Below are positions 27,242 through 40,340 of a DNA stretch of 64,000 nt, one piece after another. The notes under the pieces are model-generated. The model made no database searches, was not told the origin of the DNA, and worked only from the letters and a program-made list of their open reading frames with translations. Made by a program: the position numbers and the translations under genes. How positions within the stretch are numbered: the stretch's first letter is position 1; each line of letters begins with the position of its first letter. The DNA comes from Mytilus californianus (taxonomy: Eukaryota), in the NCBI RefSeq assembly GCF_021869535.1, contig NW_026262723.1, positions 14,012,001 to 14,076,000 on the forward strand. The letters are read 5' to 3'.

Positions 27242-27560
27242 CTACAACTCGAATATATTTTAACAAACAGTGGTCATGTTTGTTGATAAATATTGTTTTT
27301 CCTAGATTCACTCAGGAAAATTCATTTGGTAACATTTTGTCAAGTAATTTCAAAGAAGTTTTATCTTTAATTACGGACGCCAAGTCTATAGCTCACATGG
27401 CTCCTACAACTCGAATATATTTTAACAAACAGTGGTCATGTTTGTTGATAAATATGGTTTTTCCTAGATTCACTCAGGAAAATTCATTTGGTAACATTTG
27501 GTCAAGTAATTTCAAAGAAATTTTATTTTTAATAACGGACGCCAAGTCAACAGCTCACAC
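27242..27560. repeat. 162-bp tandem duplication (2 copies)
   Basis: CTACAACTCGAATATATTTTAACAAACAGTGG starts at 27242 and again at 27404. Confidence 0.93.
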
Positions 27561-29016
27561 GGCCCATCGATACAGGTGACCTCAGAGCGAAACAGGTTGA
27601 TAACCAGTTGAAATTAAACCAAGGTTTGTAAAGTTTGTATATTTGGATTGTTTAAAAGAGGGGCGAAAGATACTAGCGGGACATTCAAACTCATAGATCG
27701 AAAATAAACTGACAACGTCATGGCTAAAAAAGAAAAAGACAAACAGACACATAATAGTACACAAGACACAACATAGAAAAACTAAGCAACACGAACCCCA
27801 CCAAAAACTGGGGGTGATCTCAGGTGCTCCGGAAGGGTAAGCAGATCAAACTGTTTTTATTGCCTTTACAAGTTAAAATGTAGGTGTATAATTTAAGGTG
27901 TAGGTGCAAATACTTCTGGATCTTTAAGATCCATAAGCATAAATTCAACTGAAAAAAAAACATACACGAAAAGATCAAATATTGATCTTAAAAAGCATTA
28001 ATTTGCATCTCTGCCCCCCGGTAACAGTATTTTCTTCTATTTTATTAATTTTTTTTTGGGGGGGGGGGGGGGGGGGTCGTAAAGAGACAGTCGAGTACAC
28101 ATTTTACGTTCAAGGCGTGTTTGAGTTGATTGTTTTGTCCTGAAAACGTATAAAATTTAAAAAAAAATGTTTGATATATCTCATTATCGCTATTTTACGA
28201 ATTTTTCCTTTGATCTTGTTGACTGATAATTTCCGTTCTCAGCGGCGTCGAGTGATATGAAAACGGAGTCGAGTGATATGAAAATTATCGCTAGAAACTA
28301 AGGGAACACGTGCCGTAAACTTGATTATATTTTCAAAATTTTAAGCCATCAATGAAGAAAATCTGACGAGAAACAGCTTGCGGAATGAATTTCAAAATCA
28401 GTAGTACCTTTGACACATAGTTTTTCCGGCGGCTATTTTTTTCAAAACATCTCAACTTCAAACGATTTTTTTATCGTACCAAATCACTGCAATACCCATA
28501 AAACTTATATATTTAGAAAGATAAATGTCTGAACTTTAATTACATATCAATTTTTTGGTCACACAATATATTTTTCACCTTTTTCGAAGCAATTGCAGTT
28601 GGGTAAAATCCGATATTTTTGCCGTCGCAAGGAAATCATTAACGTTACGATAACCGCATTGGCGACCTCCCTACTTATGATAAGCCCGTACAATTCATGG
28701 TTCATGGATATGCATTATGGAGTGATAAAAACAATCGACAATCTATTTTTCCCCCTGTTATTAACCCAAGAATCAATGAGTTTGGTATATTTATGTTTGC
28801 ATCAAGATCCGACTTCAGTCTGACGTTTAACGCCATTTTCAACTGGTACCGTATGTGGACGTTCGACAAACCGGGAACCGAAACGTTCAAGTTCAAGGCC
28901 ATCATTAGCTCATACCGACCGTTGATATTTGTATATTCCGAAGGCATACTGAATATTTTACGGAGGGAACCAACCTAATTAACAACGTCTTCATACTAGG
29001 TAAAATAGCGATAAAC

Positions 29017-29115
29017 AGATTATCAATGGTCATCTCAACTCGATTTCTTTTCTCGCTTTCGCCGTACCGGCTCAAGCGAGAAAATCAATCTCGTTGAGAT
29101 AACCAACGATAATCT
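29017..29115. repeat. ~100-bp imperfect palindrome
   Basis: AGATTATCAATGGTCATCTCAACTCGATTTCTTTTCTCGCTT pairs with the reverse complement of AAGCGAGAAAATCAATCTCGTTGAGATAACCAACGATAATCT. Confidence 0.85.
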
Positions 29116-32100
29116 ATAATTATCTGGCTTTAGATTGGATTTTTTAAATATTTATTAAGGCTACATGTTGATATGATAATACTGAGAATTCACAGTATAC
29201 AAAAATGAAATAAATGGGTGAAGTGAAATACCTTTATAACGAGTCATTACTACAGAGAAGGTGTGTTTGAAACACAAAAAATTAAAAGCGTCGTGCTAAT
29301 ATTACAAATATTTAACTAAAGGTGTATTTCTTACTGGTATTTTCTTTTCGTTCACTCATTTTTCACTCATTTTCAATTAAAATTTAGGCATATTTTATTT
29401 TTATTCATGAACTATATATTTAAAAATAGAAAAGTAGGACACATCGTTCGCTTAATACTCCCACTTAATTCTTTATAAAAAAAATCCTTGACAACAGACT
29501 TTACTTTTGGATCTTTAAAATGCATAACTTAAAAAATCTTTTTTTTGTGTGTGTTATCTAGGTGATCTAGTCTTCATTCTCTGATAAATTCTCTGCCCTT
29601 CCATGAAATTTAACTTTTAAATCTAACGGGACCCCCCCCCCCCCCCCCCTTTCCCCCCTTTCCCCTCTTGGAAAATGTTTGCATGGTAAAATTATCATCT
29701 GCAGTAATAAAATCGTTCTTGGTCATCTGCATCAAATTATTTTTTATCAACAATTTTAGAATTTCACAACTATTCCCAGCTTAACAACTTTCACCGTGAC
29801 CTCCCTATCTCTTATTGCAAAAATAAACGCCATATTATTGTCATCCTTTTAATAAATACTAAATTGTTACAAAGAAATTTGATTTAAGCTGCTGAGGATA
29901 CGTGATTCTTACGCGCAGAAACAAGGCTGAGATTCATTTGGTTGAATAAAAAGAAAAGTATCTACAGTATCGGACAAATTTGTCAGAGAAACAATATCCA
30001 GAATACTTAGGCTACGCTGATTTTATTATCTGAACTCACATGATAGTTTGCCGTGATCAACTTAGGTTGTGCTTGATTTTCATATGATGAAGACATAATC
30101 TTTCAATCAGTTTAATTGAGCTCTGGAGCTGGCGTGGGAGTAACTGCCGTCAGGTGTTTTCTACTCTTTGGTCGGGTTGTTATCTCTTTGACACATTTCC
30201 CATTTAAATTCTAAATTTTATTAGAAAAAAAAGTCCTTTATTCTATATTTATGCTCTCCATTTATCTGCAAAACCTTTTACATTTTGATTTTTAGGGTCA
30301 TTGTTGAAGGTCGTACGTTGACGTATAGTTGTTAACACCCACTTCATTTGATTTCTGATGGAAATTTGTCCATTGGCAAACATACCACATAATCTTTTTT
30401 ATATACAATGTAAGTATTGGATATTTTACACCGTATTTTGATGGTCATTCAATAGGATCGTAATCCCGCAAATCATATGCATATTGTCTTATCTCAAAAG
30501 AGGGGTTCTATTAACAGGTCAATATTTTTTTTATTTTGCTCATATCAGATTACAGTAAAATATTGATAACCGATAACAGCATTTTGAATTATCTTAAATG
30601 CGAAAACAGAAAACAGTGAATTCAAAAATATAAAAAAAAACAGTAAACAGGGGAATTTTTTTTTCCATAATAACAGTTCACAACAATGCCAATTTAAAGA
30701 AAACAGATAACAGCTAAATTGGTCAATAACAGTTAACAGCACATATATCTTTAAAATAAAAGTTAACAAAAGTTTAAAAATGCCTAAAACACGTCAAAAG
30801 AAAAAAATCTTGCCCCCTCTCAAAAATCAAATTAAAACAAAATAGACTCAACTTTGCTCATATGAAATGTCTACCAAATATATGCTAGGTATATTTTCTA
30901 TCAATTACACAAATTTTCTGCATCAAAGAACATGAACATTTGCCTATATTAAGTAAAATATAAAGGCACAGAACCAGGACATAGGTGCACAGAACCAGGA
31001 CCGTTTTTCTAATCACCAGCACGTCGTCAGGACAATTTCGTTTGGCGAATTGGCACGACTTTTGCAATAAAAAAATCGTTGTAGTAATCCTCGCATGGTA
31101 CTTAGGACGTTTCAGAGAAAAATTAAGCAACAGAACGGTTGTTTTATTGCCGTTCTGATACAATGTAAACAAACGCACCAGCACAGAATCAGGACCCACC
31201 AGCACCAGTCAGGACCGAATCACTAGCACAGAACGTTCTCTCGCAGGACAACCTTACCCACCGTGATACTACTTAGATGGAGTATGATTGTCAAGAAAAC
31301 CAGTGTCGGATTTACTCCCCCCCCCCCCCAGTCCAGGTCACCAAAAAAATTTCGAACATAATTTTATTGCGACTGAATCTGCTTATCTAGAGCGGAAATT
31401 AATCACAGCTTGGTTTGACTCCTTAAACTGGCCATTAATTAGCCCCATCTTCAACATGCGTGATTTATGACAACTTATCGGTGGGTGTGTAAGTATTGAC
31501 AACTGTGTGTAATGTCTCTTTTTTTTTTGAAAAATTTTATGTATAAAACTACATGTACATGTTGATTTTTATTGGTTTTAATATAATATTACAGATTAAG
31601 ATTGATTAACAGGTTAAATCTTCTGATCAGGAAAGAAATTAACAACTTAAATCTGTGTTTTAAAGAATATAGGTACAAATAGATGTTTAGTGTCAAGAAT
31701 GTTGGTAACAATATGGGATATGTCTTCACAACAAAATACTCAGATTACCATTTCTTGTGAATGTTTTTTTTTTCTCTAAATTGTCTTTTATGTGACTTTA
31801 TTAAACAACAACAAAAAATTTTTTCAATATCATTCAAAATTTGTTAACTGAATGTCGTATTTCTTTTCTTTCTTATTTTCAAAGGAAACCAACAATTTGA
31901 TTTAAAAAACGCCTTTCCTCCCCCTTTTCCACAAAACATGAATTGGCGCTGTCTAATATAAATAATTATCAATAACATCCTATTGTATTTTTATAAGACC
32001 TACTTTATAACATAATCTGGGACTAATATATTTATCTCTTAGTCCAAGCATACATTAAAATAATATATGAATATTTTTCTTGTTTCAATTACCATGTAGG

Positions 32101-33012
32101 AGGCTATGAATGGGTCACCATTTATGAGGATATGAATGGGGTTTACAGATAAGAGAATAATGGGCAAAACGTTAGATTAGGAGCGGGACCAAAAACCACA
32201 GATAACAGAATAAAGAGATGATGAAATATAAAGAAAAGATTCTCCACCACACACACACACACCACAACCATTACCACCCACACTAGCATATATACATCTC
32301 TAAACAAATATGTAATTTTGGTTTCATGGTGCCCCCAGACATCGAGGTTCTGGATCCGCCCCTGTAGTTTTTATCCATTAAAGGATGTAAACAACTGTAG
32401 GTCGCAGTAAGGCCTTTGATATAACTATAGTACGATATAAAAACAACCAGAGGTATCAAAATGTGATGAAAAAACAATTATAAGAGAAAAGTGTCTGTTT
32501 CAATTTTGTTAAATATTGTGAGCACTAATTTCAATGGTAAAATATAATTATGTCGGATGATCCACCATGCACCTATTACAATGTATTACTGTTTACGCGT
32601 TATGCAATAACGGAAGTAATAAAAGTAATTCAACTTGATAAATAATAGTTAACTGTTACAAATCGTCCAAACTCTTCCTCACAACTTTAACGGTAGTCGG
32701 GATTTGTCATATTTTCATGAGCTAATTGTCACAGACTGCATATCATTTACTTCCAGTCCCCAAGGATGACTGTGAAAAAGAAATATGGTCACTTTGGTCT
32801 TCTTCCGACCGGTAGTAAAACCCTTGCCAAAATTTGGCGTCCGTTTGGCTGTGTGGGATGTATAAGTAAGCAACCACGTCCGGTCAGAACGGGGACATAA
32901 GAACAGATGTCTTATGTAGAGAAAGTACCACGCTCTCTGCACGTTAAGAACCCTTGCAAAAACTCTTTGATGGTTCCGGAATTGGCCTGTTGAAAGGCAA
33001 AAGTCCCTATCC

Positions 33013-33320
33013 AAGATACCCTTATTTTGCAGTTATCTAAGATAACCTCAGGTTGCAGTTATCTAAGATACCCTCAGGTTGCAGTTATCTAAGACACCCT
33101 CATTTTGCAGTTATCTAAGATACCCTCAGTTTGCAGTTATCTTAGATACTCTCATTTTGCAGTTATCTAAGATACCCTCATTTTGCAGTTATCTAAGATA
33201 CCCTCATTTTGCAGTTATCTAAGATACCCTCATTTTGCAGTTATCTAAGATACTCTTATTTTGCAGTTATCTAAAATACCCTCATTTTGCAGTTATCTAA
33301 GATACCATCATTTTTGCAGT
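33013..33320. repeat. 26-bp minisatellite (TTGCAGTTATCTAAGATACCCTCATT), ~12 copies
   Basis: GCAG at 33185, 33211 and 33237; each unit contains the palindrome TATCT-A-AGATA. Confidence 0.95.
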
Positions 33321-34789
33321 AGTAGTCCACATTTCCCCGACCTACACCCCAGACGGCCTATTACATTACCTGTCCATTGTATTTGTTGTAAATTTTCTGT
33401 CGGCCTAAAGATGTGCGAAGCTAAGCAAACATCAATCAATATAAATCCAACTAACATTTATGTACCCAATTCATTTGATAAGCATTAAAATATATTACTA
33501 CAAGTTAACCGACATTGTAAAAATTTAAAAGATAAGCTTATTCTTATTTTTGTCGTTTTAGAATGCGAATTGTCCGAGTGTTTAGACAAACATACATGTT
33601 TTGCATTTTGACCCTTCCCCCAAAAAAACAAAATTATTGTAAATTGGATAATGCCTATCATTAATGTTTCCTACGTAAGGAAAACATTTTAAATATGTTA
33701 GTGGAACAATCGACAAAAAATAAGTTGTATATTTAAATTATAGACAGACACATAAATAATAATTTTTATAGATCGGTTGAAATCCCAAAACTAATTTGCA
33801 TAATGGGAATTTAGGCGATAGCAATACATCGGAATGACCTGAAGGTCATCCTCTGTAAAAATAGGGAGATGGGTATGATAGACAATAAGACAACACCAGA
33901 GTGTAATGTGATGCTAAACTTAAGAAATGTTCTTTTCCACAATTTTATTTGTTCATAAGTTGTTGTTCTCCTCAAGTCCAGTTGCAAATATTTCATGCAC
34001 ATGCATTGTCAGTTTGTTTTCGACTTTGAATATCCCTTAAATATATTTTGCCTCTCTTCAGGACAAGATAAATATTAATAATAAATCCATCATGTAAATT
34101 CTGAGAAAAAAAAATGCTCGACCGGGATGAAAGGCGGGAAATTAAGAATGCAACTTGGAAATTATGACATGTTCGATAAGGATGAAAATTATTCCATTGC
34201 TGACATTTATTTTAGACTTAACTGAAGTCATGTGAAAAGAGTGAAATCCAATAAAAAAAAAAAAAATAATAGACGTTTCCTAATTATTATATGTAACATA
34301 TTGTTATAATATTACGCTATTTACATATGGAATAACAGATATTTTTTTATTAATTATACAACAGTACGTTTACATAGATATGTTAGTGGTAGTTACGAAA
34401 TCAATACATGATGTAGAAATCATTTAACTTTTTGATACACGCGTTCTGAAGTCTTCACCATGGTTTTGAGATTGATTTTGTTTCCTTATAGTCCAGTGGC
34501 AAATGATATTTCATGATTCCATGCATATTCAGGTCAAGAAAAGATAAACAATAATTACAATAGATAGGTAATGCAAGGCGGGTCGACCGGGATTGTGTAC
34601 TTAACATAGGCTTACAATTACCAATACAAATGTTAGACAAAAACAAATATTGTTTGTTAATTCTCCTCCCTCTTGTAAGACAAAATTTAATTGATAAAGG
34701 AGACTGAAAAGAATATAAATACTTCTAAGGCAAACATAAATGGTCTTTTTAACCATATATTGAGGCTGCCCACATCGATAGAAAAAAAC

Positions 34790-34820
34790 ATGAAGTGGCA
34801 AAGAGTACTGCTTTTTTGTG
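34790..34820 (+). CDS. Duplicate of the first coding exon of the host gene (MKWQRVLLFC, phase-1 donor)
   Basis: ATG...TGT G then GTTAGT donor; paralogous to 35927-35957 and splice-compatible with exon 37902. Confidence 0.5.
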
Positions 34821-35926
34821 GTTAGTTTTGTTTCTAATAATATACTTATGAAAATTAAGTGTTGACTAGAAGTAAATATTGTTATTTTTCTAATTATCGG
34901 TATATGATATAGCTCCACGTCGCGTTGATGCATAATTTTTATCAAAAAGATATAAGAAGATGTGGTATGAGTGCCAATGAGACAACTCTCCATCCAAGTC
35001 ACAATTTATAAAAGTAAACCATTATAGGTCAAAAGCTTATTTTGTAATATTTGAGATGAAATTACATGTACTTCCTAACCCAAGTTTCACTGGATAGATA
35101 TAATCAATGCTACTTGATCAAATTCAAGGTATGTAACATTTGTTATTTATTATTGTCTCTTCAATTCTTTTATATCAGATTAAAGATACCTATCATTTTT
35201 TAGGATTGTGTCAGCAAATTAAATATGGCATTTTTTTAATCTTTGAACAGTATTTCAAACACTGCACATGTTTCACGGCAGTTGCGATATCGGTCTTCCA
35301 TTCTTTTTTATACATGCTTACCAATATATGTGATTCTTTTTTTTTTTCATGTCGGGGCCTTTTATAGCCGTCTATACGGTTTGGATTTTTCTCATTGTTG
35401 AAGGCCGTACGGTTGCCCATAATTGCTGACAGCCACTTCGTTTGAACTTTGGTGGATAGTTTTCTCATAGTTTTCTCATTGGAAATCATACCACATCCTT
35501 ATTTTTATATTAATAAAGTCTTCACCACGGTTTCAAGATTGATTTTCAATCCGTTAACGTCCAGTGGCAAACTTTATCTCATGCATATCTAATAGCTAGG
35601 TTATGCAAGGTGGGTCAACCGTGAATGTGTACTAGAAATAGGCCTTCAATTACAAAAAATGTACCAATAAAAGGCTAGACAAAAACAAATATTGTATGTT
35701 CTGTTCCTTCTCAGAAAAATAAATTTAATTTATATATATATTCTTTATAAGAGATTGTAAAGAATACAAATACTTGTAAATAAAATTGAGAATGGAAATG
35801 GGGAATATGTCAAAGAGACAACAACCCGACCAAAGAGCAGACAACAGCATACACAATATTGGCCTTTTTAAATGTATGTTGAGGCTGCTAACAGCGAAAA
35901 GAAAAGTTGAGAAATTCTTAAGAAAA

Positions 35927-35957
35927 ATGAAGTGGCAAAGAGTACTGCTTTTATGTG
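35927..35957 (+). CDS. Host gene exon 1 (signal peptide start, MKWQRVLLLC)
   Basis: ATG, GTTAGT donor in phase 1; splicing to 37902 gives MKWQRVLLLCGFLIGLS, a typical signal peptide. Confidence 0.65.
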
Positions 35958-37901
35958 GTTAGTTTTGTTTCTAATAATATACTTCATGAAATTAAGTTTT
36001 GACTAAAGGTATTGTTAGTTTTCTAAAAGTCGTCGATCGGTGTATGATATAGATCCTCATCGCGTTGATGCATAATTTTTTTCAAAAGCTTTTATTTGGT
36101 AGTATTTTAGATGGATTGATCATGGGTTTCAAATTACATGAAATTATAAACGCAAGGGCCAGTGGGTGGTTATAAGCAATGCTACATTATCCAAATCGAG
36201 GTATGAACCACTTTTTTTTTTATTTATTATTGTCTTTTCAATTCTTCTTTATCAGGTGAAGTCCGTCAAGGAAACTAATCAGTTTTAGGATTGTGTTGGA
36301 ATATTTTTTTTAATCTTTGATGAGTAGTTCAAACACTGCACTTGTTTCACGACAGTTACGATATCGGTAACAGACTCTTCTCATATGAGCCATGTTTCAA
36401 ACGGCAACATATCATAAAATGAAACGCTTAAATTTTTTGTCGCTCATTCATTATTAAATGCAAATAAAAAAACATCTTTTTGAATAGAAATATCATCTAA
36501 AATGCAGCTTAATTAATGAAAGAAATTATGTTGTTAATTTATGATATTATCAGTTGTAACTTTTAGATACGCGGAAATGTAAAAATGACATATGTTCAGT
36601 CATTTCGCATGAACGACTTAACCTAAGTTAAAAAATGAAACGAATTTCAAAAGCTATAAAGTAATATGCATCTTGAGTATTGTTATTATTTTGAAATGCA
36701 ATTACACCGAAAAGTTGGGCAGAAACCTCGTTATACGACGATGTATAGTCAGATTTTGCCACTTTCAACTGAAACGCACCCAAAATATATAACCCGGTCA
36801 AAAAACTTAATATGATAAAGTGGATTTATTAACAAATAATATGGTATATGTTGAATTAGCAACAAATCATGTAAAGGCAAAATGGTGGTCGGAAGCCTCT
36901 CTTTCATAGAAATGCCGACGTCAAATTTATAGCGTTGCCATATGCGCAAACTATGTGTGCCAAAAAGACATATGCATATGTATCGTACATACTCGCCAAA
37001 TGTTGCCACACCAATCGAGATATTTGTTTCACAGCAGGAACATTTTCAAAAATGTTAAATTCACAGTAACATATCTCCATATGTGTAATTTGAGGTTCTA
37101 TATTTAGTATGGCTTATGTCTAAACACAATGACACAGTTGACCAATTTATAAACGTCCGAAGATATCCTAAAATGATATTTTTTACAGATTTTGCATAAT
37201 TTTTAGTATCTATCCACAAAAATGGGCAGAAAAAAAGACTTTCTACATCAAAATCAAAATATATTGGAATCGAACCCACATATTTTTTTCGGATACAAAT
37301 TAATTCGTTTTCGTTAAAGACGCAATTTTTTTAATATAAAAAAAATGTATAGAAAATGCATCAACGGCAACGTTTAGCGTTGATTAACATTTTGCTGTTA
37401 AGGAAATCTGTACTTCAAAATCGCACTGTAGTGAAATTCTTGGAAATTAGGATGAAGCCCTGCCTTTGTTGTACTAGTAATTGAAAATATGAGAATATAA
37501 ACGTTCAGAATTATGTCCACAATTTGCCAAAATCTGTTTCTGAATACAATTTTGTCATGAAAATGATTTTGGAAAGCATGCACGAAATAATGTGAAATAA
37601 AAACAAAAGAAGACATACAATCAACTTCATTGAATTTAAAATCAGAAATCATATAATTAAGATGATAATATATTAATAAGGTAAACTATAAACACCACAT
37701 ACTATATCACTTAAAAAAACACACACATTTACAGCTTCTGCACCGAGACTAGTCTAAAGGGCTAAAACAAAACATGACATTTTGCCTATATTGATCTTTA
37801 GTGTTTCAAATATATTCATAAGAATATGTAATCCCTGAAAAATATAATTCGTTTTTGAAGATACTTGTTGTAATTTTACAATGAACGTCTTCTTTTAACA
37901 G

Positions 37902-38034
37902 GTTTTCTAATCGGATTATCGGAGGAGAGACGGTCACCAAACGATCTGAATGTTTCGTTAGAGCCGCCTAGCCCTTTATACTTTTGGCAGCTTAGATCAT
38001 CGAAACACGATCAGTCTTACCTCAGTCAACACAG
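37902..38034 (+). CDS. Host gene exon 2
   Basis: Acceptor TCTTTTAACAG; reads GFLIGLSEERRSPNDLNVSLEPPSPLYFWQLRSSKHDQSYLSQH(R); GTCGGT donor in phase 2, matching exon 3. Confidence 0.7.
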
Positions 38035-40340
38035 GTCGGTATTATACATAAGGAAATGCCTGTACCAAGTCAGGAATATGACAGTTGTTTTCCATTCGTT
38101 TGATGTGTATGAGTTTTGATTTTGTCATTTTCCGTTTTTAATTTTCCTTGAGTTCGGTATTTTTGTTATTTTTATTTTTTATAACCGCGTTTATACATTG
38201 TACATATGCTTTTCGTTACAATGGTATTACTGTTTTTAGATCTGAAGACGATCTAAGTTGGACTTACTTGTGTCTGATCCTTTTTGTGATTTTTTGCAAA
38301 AAATATGTTCAAACTGTTTTTCTTGAATACAACATACTATATAAGAATAGTAGTATGCTTTTTTTGGGGTGTATCTAATAAACAAAACTGATATCCTAAG
38401 AAAAGTTAAACTTTCGAAGAGTTTTGTTATTATAGCGTACTTTCAATATTCAAGAGTAAAGACATATAACAGTGTAGTATCATTTTTTGTCTTCTTTAAT
38501 ATAAAAATAAGAAGACGTGGTATGATTGCCAATGAGACAACTCTCCTCAGGAGACCAAATGACACAAAAATTAACAACTATAGGCCACCGTACGGCCTTC
38601 AATAATAAGTAAAAACCCATACCGCATATAGTCAGCTATAAGAGGCCCCGATATGACAAAGTGTAAAATAATTCAAACGAGAAAACTGACGACCTGATTT
38701 ATGTACAAAATAATGAACGAAAAACAAAAATAATATACAGAAACAAACGACAGCCACTGAATTACAGGCTCCAGACTTGTAACAGGCACATACAGAATGT
38801 GGCGGGGCAAAACTAGTTAGATGGTGCCAAACCCTCCCCCTAACCTGGGACAGAGGTAAACCTGCCACTATACTACCAAAAATCTATATCATGACTCAGA
38901 CAGAGGCTTTATGGACTTTATCATCGAAAAAACACTTTATATTGGAGATATTTGTATTTATTAATTTAATGCGACATAACTAATAGCTATTCCAGGTCCT
39001 TTGTTTTTGTTTCTAATAACATTCAAATGTATTATCCACGTTGCTTTATCCTCTTCTACTCACCTTAAAGACCTACCAATTTGTTTATTTTTTATTTTTT
39101 TTTTGTCCCAAAATCTCATTAAAGATACCAGGCTTATAATTTTGTACGCCTTACGCGCGTTTCGTCTACATAAGACTCGTCAGTTAGTATTTGAACCGTT
39201 TTGATCTACATCCAGATAGCTTTCAGGAGCATTTTATGTTTTGGTGGGATTTCGTACAACCTGCTATCTATTTTATGCTCACTGTTCTAATGAATGACGT
39301 AGAGGATTGTTACAATGTACCCAAAGGCCCAAAAATAAATATAACGCTTTATAAATTTCGTGTGTCCGAAGCGCTTTCTGGATTTATCTTCAAAGCCAAA
39401 CATTTGAAAGCCATACAGGGATCAATAAATTCGTAGTAATTTTAGGAGCTTTATAACCAAAAGGGACCTAAAAATCATAGTCAAATTTAGCTATGTCAAC
39501 TTTTTCCGGGGGGGGGGGGGGGGGGAGGAAGGGGTTGAACATTAGGTTCTTAGTAATTTCTTAATTTATCAACGGGAATTTCATAAAAAATATCTTACAA
39601 AGCACTTACTACTGAGAAGATGATACCCTATCAGTTTACCAGTAGTGCTAGTAAATAAAAATAACTGCGCATGTCCGAAGCTTTTCTTGATTCACCTTCA
39701 TCTGGAACGTTCTAATATAAACAAGAATATTGTATCCATCCTATCACTAGGAAAAGCAGTTACATTTAACTGATCAATGCAGTTGATGACTATTACGACA
39801 GTAGTCAACCGATGTTCAAATCTCGTAAATCGATTAGGAAGGGACAACTGAAGGTTACAAATACAAAATGAGAAAATCGTGCATGTTCACATTTTATGTT
39901 CCTAACACAAACACTCTTCCAATGGGGTTAAGAGGGAAAACGACTGTTAACTTGTTAACGACACTGTACAGTCTTATGATCACCACCACAAATTGGTTGT
40001 CAGATTCGACGTAACTATATCTAAACTCACTAGTGACATGTTTTCCTGGTCTTAGATCTTAAAATATCAGAATAGTCGTCTGATCCGCGAATTTACTGTT
40101 TATTTCCAATTCCGTATCGTAATATTTTAATGGAATAACGAGTGGTACATGCAAAAAGGAGAGACACTGATCCTGTTGTAGCTTCTGGTCTGGTTCCTGT
40201 CCAAATTCATGGTTTTCTCTCAGTTTTTTTTTATCTTGATTTGCATATTAAAAATGTTTTTACGAGTTTTGAACATCGGAATACTATACTTACTTCTTAA
40301 TTATTGAGACTTCAACTGTATTGTTTATCTTTCATTGTAG

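Larger units (their letters stand above)
25695..31265. mobile_element. Non-autonomous DNA transposon with CACGGTG termini and 5-bp TSD (Transib/RAG-like signature), 5571 bp
   Basis: 69-bp TIRs (25695-25763 and 31197-31265): first 41 bp identical, 3 mismatches overall. ATACT on both flanks (25690-25694 and 31266-31270). Subterminal GTGCTGGTG/GGTCCTG repeats at ~26080-26140 and ~30965-31025. No transposase ORF. Confidence 0.85.
34450..36367. repeat. Diverged ~1.07-kb tandem duplication (copies ~34450-35295 and ~35517-36367)
   Basis: Collinear shared blocks: GTCTTCACCA..GATTGATTTT..GTCCAGTGGCAAA; ATGAAGTGGCAAAGAGTACTGCT..GTTAGTTTTGTTTCTAATAATATACTT; TTCAAACACTGCAC..GTTTCACG..CGATATCGGT. Confidence 0.85.
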
